From positions 160,001 to 224,000 of the IMG/VR virus record IMGVR_UViG_3300032167_000004: 64,000 bases of DNA; one strand, written 5' to 3'. This DNA is from a virus. Taxonomy: Duplodnaviria > Caudoviricetes. The notes under the pieces are model-generated. The model did no database searches. It was given only the letters and a program-made list of their open reading frames with translations, and was not told the DNA's origin. Below are positions 61,153-64,000 of this stretch, in pieces. The translations under genes and the position numbers were made by a program. Each line of letters begins with the position of its first letter. Positions within the stretch are counted from its first letter, which is position 1.

Positions 61153-61623
61153 TTATAACTTATTTAACTCATCTACAAAGTTAACAATATCAGTAGCTAA
61201 TTGATCACATTTATTATTGATCAAATTATCACTATGACCTTTAACTTTAATGAATTCTACATTTTTATGGAATCTTACAAGTTTAAGTAATATAATCCAT
61301 AAATCAATATTTGCAACAGGTTCTTTCTTAGAATTAATCCATTTATTCTTTTCCCATTTTTCATACCATTTCTGATTAAAACAGTTTATAATATATGCAG
61401 AATCAGAATAAACTTTAATATTAGAAGAACGTTCAATCATTCTAAGACCAGTAATTACTGCTTTAAGTTCCATTCTTTGGTTTGTTGTTGAAGGTTCATA
61501 TCCAGTAATATAAATAGGTCTATTTTGTTTATTTATAATTACTGCAGCATAACCTCCTGGACCATCAGGATTTATCCGACATCCTCCATCAGTATAAACA
61601 ATATAATCAGTCTCTGTGTTCAT
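61153..61623 (-). CDS. rnhA: Ribonuclease HI
   Basis: YTDGG...PGG, TNQRMEL.A, SDS.Y, N.DLW and VKGHS...N..CD.LA motifs. Confidence 0.93.
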   Translation of the reverse strand: MNTETDYIVYTDGGCRINPDGPGGYAAVIINKQNRPIYITGYEPSTTNQRMELKAVITGLRMIERSSNIKVYSDSAYIINCFNQKWYEKWEKNKWINSKKEPVANIDLWIILLKLVRFHKNVEFIKVKGHSDNLINNKCDQLATDIVNFVDELNKL

Positions 61624-62137
61624 CAGTAGATCCGAAACCTCCAGTACGAGTTCCTTCAACTTTATTATTATAAACTACACCATATTGATGGAAAATACCC
61701 TGAATAAACTTATCTCCAGGCATAATAGTCAAGACATTGTCTCTAATATTACTACAATTAGTAATACTTACCATAATATGTCCTTCATTTTTAGGATTGT
61801 TATAATAATCACTATCAATGATACCAACAGTATTATCCAATTGAAGTCTATATTTAAAACCTAATCCACTTCTAGGATAAAGGTCAAGAGACCAACCAGG
61901 TTCAATAAATACTTTAATACCTGTAGGAATAATTACAGTCTGTTTCGGTGCAAGCTTAAACATACAGAAAGATTTAAAATCGTAACCTGCAGAACCTGCT
62001 GTTGCCTGTGCAGGAAGCTCGATTATTTCATAAGCTTTTCTAAGAGTTTCCTCAGATACAGTTTCTGTAATATTAGCTTCACAATCTTTTTTAAACTGTT
62101 CAAAGCTAACCTTCTCAAATTGTGCCATTTCTACCAT
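61607..62137 (-). CDS. dut: Trimeric dUTPase
   Basis: SAGYD, PRSG, GIIDSDY, Q and R.GGFGST motifs I-V. Confidence 0.93.
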   Translation of the reverse strand: MVEMAQFEKVSFEQFKKDCEANITETVSEETLRKAYEIIELPAQATAGSAGYDFKSFCMFKLAPKQTVIIPTGIKVFIEPGWSLDLYPRSGLGFKYRLQLDNTVGIIDSDYYNNPKNEGHIMVSITNCSNIRDNVLTIMPGDKFIQGIFHQYGVVYNNKVEGTRTGGFGSTDEHRD

Positions 62138-62139
62138 TG

Positions 62140-62364
62140 TTAATATCCTCCACTAATTAAATTAAATCCACTTCCATAGTGATTAAGTATACCATACATT
62201 AAAAGAATAAATAGTATCATATAAAAACTTGCAGAAGTGAAATCTTTTTTACTATATAAATTTTTCAAATATGCTTTAAATGATAATATTGTACACCATA
62301 ATACGATAGCATATCTTCCCCATTGTGGGAGATCCCAATAAAATTCTTTTATTGCTTCCAACAT
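62140..62364 (-). CDS. Small two-TM membrane protein
   Basis: Two hydrophobic helices; AGGAG RBS. Confidence 0.55.
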   Translation of the reverse strand: MLEAIKEFYWDLPQWGRYAIVLWCTILSFKAYLKNLYSKKDFTSASFYMILFILLMYGILNHYGSGFNLISGGY

Positions 62365-62375
62365 AATTTAACTCC

Positions 62376-64000
62376 TTATATATTAAGAATATTAGAAAAA
62401 TATTCTTTCTTAGATGTTTTAATAGTATCTAATCCTAGAGATTCCAATACAGGATAGAATTTATTTAATACATTATAAGAAATTGTATCATAATCAATAT
62501 AAGGAATTAACCACTCTGGAATCTTGTCAACATTTCTAGGAATTGCGATAACAGATAATCCTTTACTAGAAATTCTTTCATCAGGATTATTTAAAATCTT
62601 TTCATTTAAAATTGTATACATTTCCGGATTCTCTACTCTTAACTTATTAATACTTTTTTCTTCATTAAGAGTAACCTTAACAATATCCAATTTAGTAGGA
62701 AGTTCAATCTCTATATTAGGATAGAAAGTATTCCAAGCTATAACAGCTCTAACACCTTGCATCTTTAAAGGATCTGCATAAGCTTCTAATTCTTTAACAG
62801 ATACAGGAATAAGATACTTCTTTTCACCATTTTTAAGTGTCTCAATGATTTCTGATTCAAATGCTTCAATATCATTAAGAATAGAAACGATATTGATATC
62901 TTTACTACTAATAATTCTCTTCTTAATAATATCAAGAAATTTAGCTTTAGTTTCTACAGTTGCCGTAGATTTCATGAAATCATGACCCTTTATATCCAGC
63001 TTCTCTGGCCAGATCTCATCACCCTCTCTAAGACGAATAGAACTAAAGTATCTTTTCTTCTTAGATGCCAATACAACACGGGACATTAAGAATTCATTCT
63101 TAATATTAATAAAGTGTCTAAAATCCTTAGGAATATTTGCATGTTTAGTATATCTTCCTAATACAGTTTGCATCATATTAGTAATAACAAATGCCATTGT
63201 ATTAACTGCAATAAATCTAAGTTCTTCTCTATCACGACCATCATTTTTATAATCTGGATCAATGATATTATTAAACATAAATTCAACCCACGGATTTAAA
63301 TTCAAGAAATTACTATCAGTATCAATTGTTAAAACAACTTTTCTTTTATCATTCTTTAATCTTTGAATACGATTAATAGGAGAATAATTATATAAAACAA
63401 ATTCCTTATAATAAGTCCATAACTCTTCTAAATATTCTTTAGATGTTTCTGGAATTTTATTAGGATCTTTAAACTCCTTTGTATTTCTAACAATTAATAC
63501 TAATAAAGAAATAATTTTATGATGCATAGAAAATTCATAAATATTATTCTTATAATAAATCTTATTTAATTGATCTTGTGTTAGTGTCATTAAATAAGAA
63601 TATAATAATTCGGTATAAGATTCTTGATAATTATAGAAGGTGTCAACTAATCTATCATATACCTGATCAACTGTTACATTTATTAAAAATGTAGAATCTA
63701 ATGTATATTTTTCATTAATAACATTTGTTAAAAATGTAAAACATTCATTAATATTATTGAATAATGTATTATTAGCTAGAAAAGATTCAAATGCTTGTTC
63801 TGTTGTACTAATTAATGACTGACCCGAACCGGTAACAGATGGTGCTGTATACATATTAAATAGAAATGATGCAGCATTACCAAATGTACCATAAATAGAG
63901 TTTGCTGAAATCTTTTCAGACAACTGTTTTCTATCAAATGTTTGATATTCGTAGGAAGTTTTATCCTTAATGAATTTAAGTTGTCCTTTAAACTTCTTAC
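62376..64000 (-). CDS. Family B DNA polymerase (polymerase domain; 5' end outside the window)
   Basis: Frame is open to the window edge: R...K...Q..KISANSIYG (motif B), IDTDS (motif C), KKRY and IKG. Confidence 0.9.
   Translation of the reverse strand, partial: KKFKGQLKFIKDKTSYEYQTFDRKQLSEKISANSIYGTFGNAASFLFNMYTAPSVTGSGQSLISTTEQAFESFLANNTLFNNINECFTFLTNVINEKYTLDSTFLINVTVDQVYDRLVDTFYNYQESYTELLYSYLMTLTQDQLNKIYYKNNIYEFSMHHKIISLLVLIVRNTKEFKDPNKIPETSKEYLEELWTYYKEFVLYNYSPINRIQRLKNDKRKVVLTIDTDSNFLNLNPWVEFMFNNIIDPDYKNDGRDREELRFIAVNTMAFVITNMMQTVLGRYTKHANIPKDFRHFINIKNEFLMSRVVLASKKKRYFSSIRLREGDEIWPEKLDIKGHDFMKSTATVETKAKFLDIIKKRIISSKDINIVSILNDIEAFESEIIETLKNGEKKYLIPVSVKELEAYADPLKMQGVRAVIAWNTFYPNIEIELPTKLDIVKVTLNEEKSINKLRVENPEMYTILNEKILNNPDERISSKGLSVIAIPRNVDKIPEWLIPYIDYDTISYNVLNKFYPVLESLGLDTIKTSKKEYFSNILNI

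Noticed and set aside
1-64000. Stop-codon reassignment (alternative genetic code)
   Set aside because: Core genes are full length in the standard code, the breaks are explained by introns or one frameshift, and no suppressor tRNA is present.

Overview
A 64 kb, very AT-rich slice of a jumbo phage genome of the phiKZ/AR9 (PBS1)-like supergroup. The host is probably a Clostridia/Firmicutes species (clostridial-type amidase, dUTPase and SleB-like hydrolase; GGAGG ribosome-binding sites). The window holds the replication and transcription core: GyrA/GyrB, DnaB, primase, family B polymerase, NAD-dependent ligase, SbcCD, RecA, two further helicases, three split RNA polymerase beta/beta' subunits plus an AR9 gp226-like promoter-specificity subunit, a chaperonin, a tubulin/FtsZ-family protein and two tRNAs. 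Three closely related group I introns interrupt gyrA, the tubulin gene and the RNAP beta C-terminal gene. The gyrA intron carries an HNH endonuclease and the RNAP intron is ORF-less. The main finding is that the tubulin intron carries a TnpB with no transposase, looped out of the P9 region and driven by its own phage early-type promoter: a candidate RNA-guided homing intron. Other signals: a CCC-TAA +1 frameshift splitting the endolysin, two phage promoter classes (TATATATTAT and AACA-N6-TA), patches of rare synonymous codons at conserved motifs, a MazF-HTH fusion, a Tad2-like sponge and a two-state RNA structure. All protein calls come from motif recognition by eye; no searches were run.
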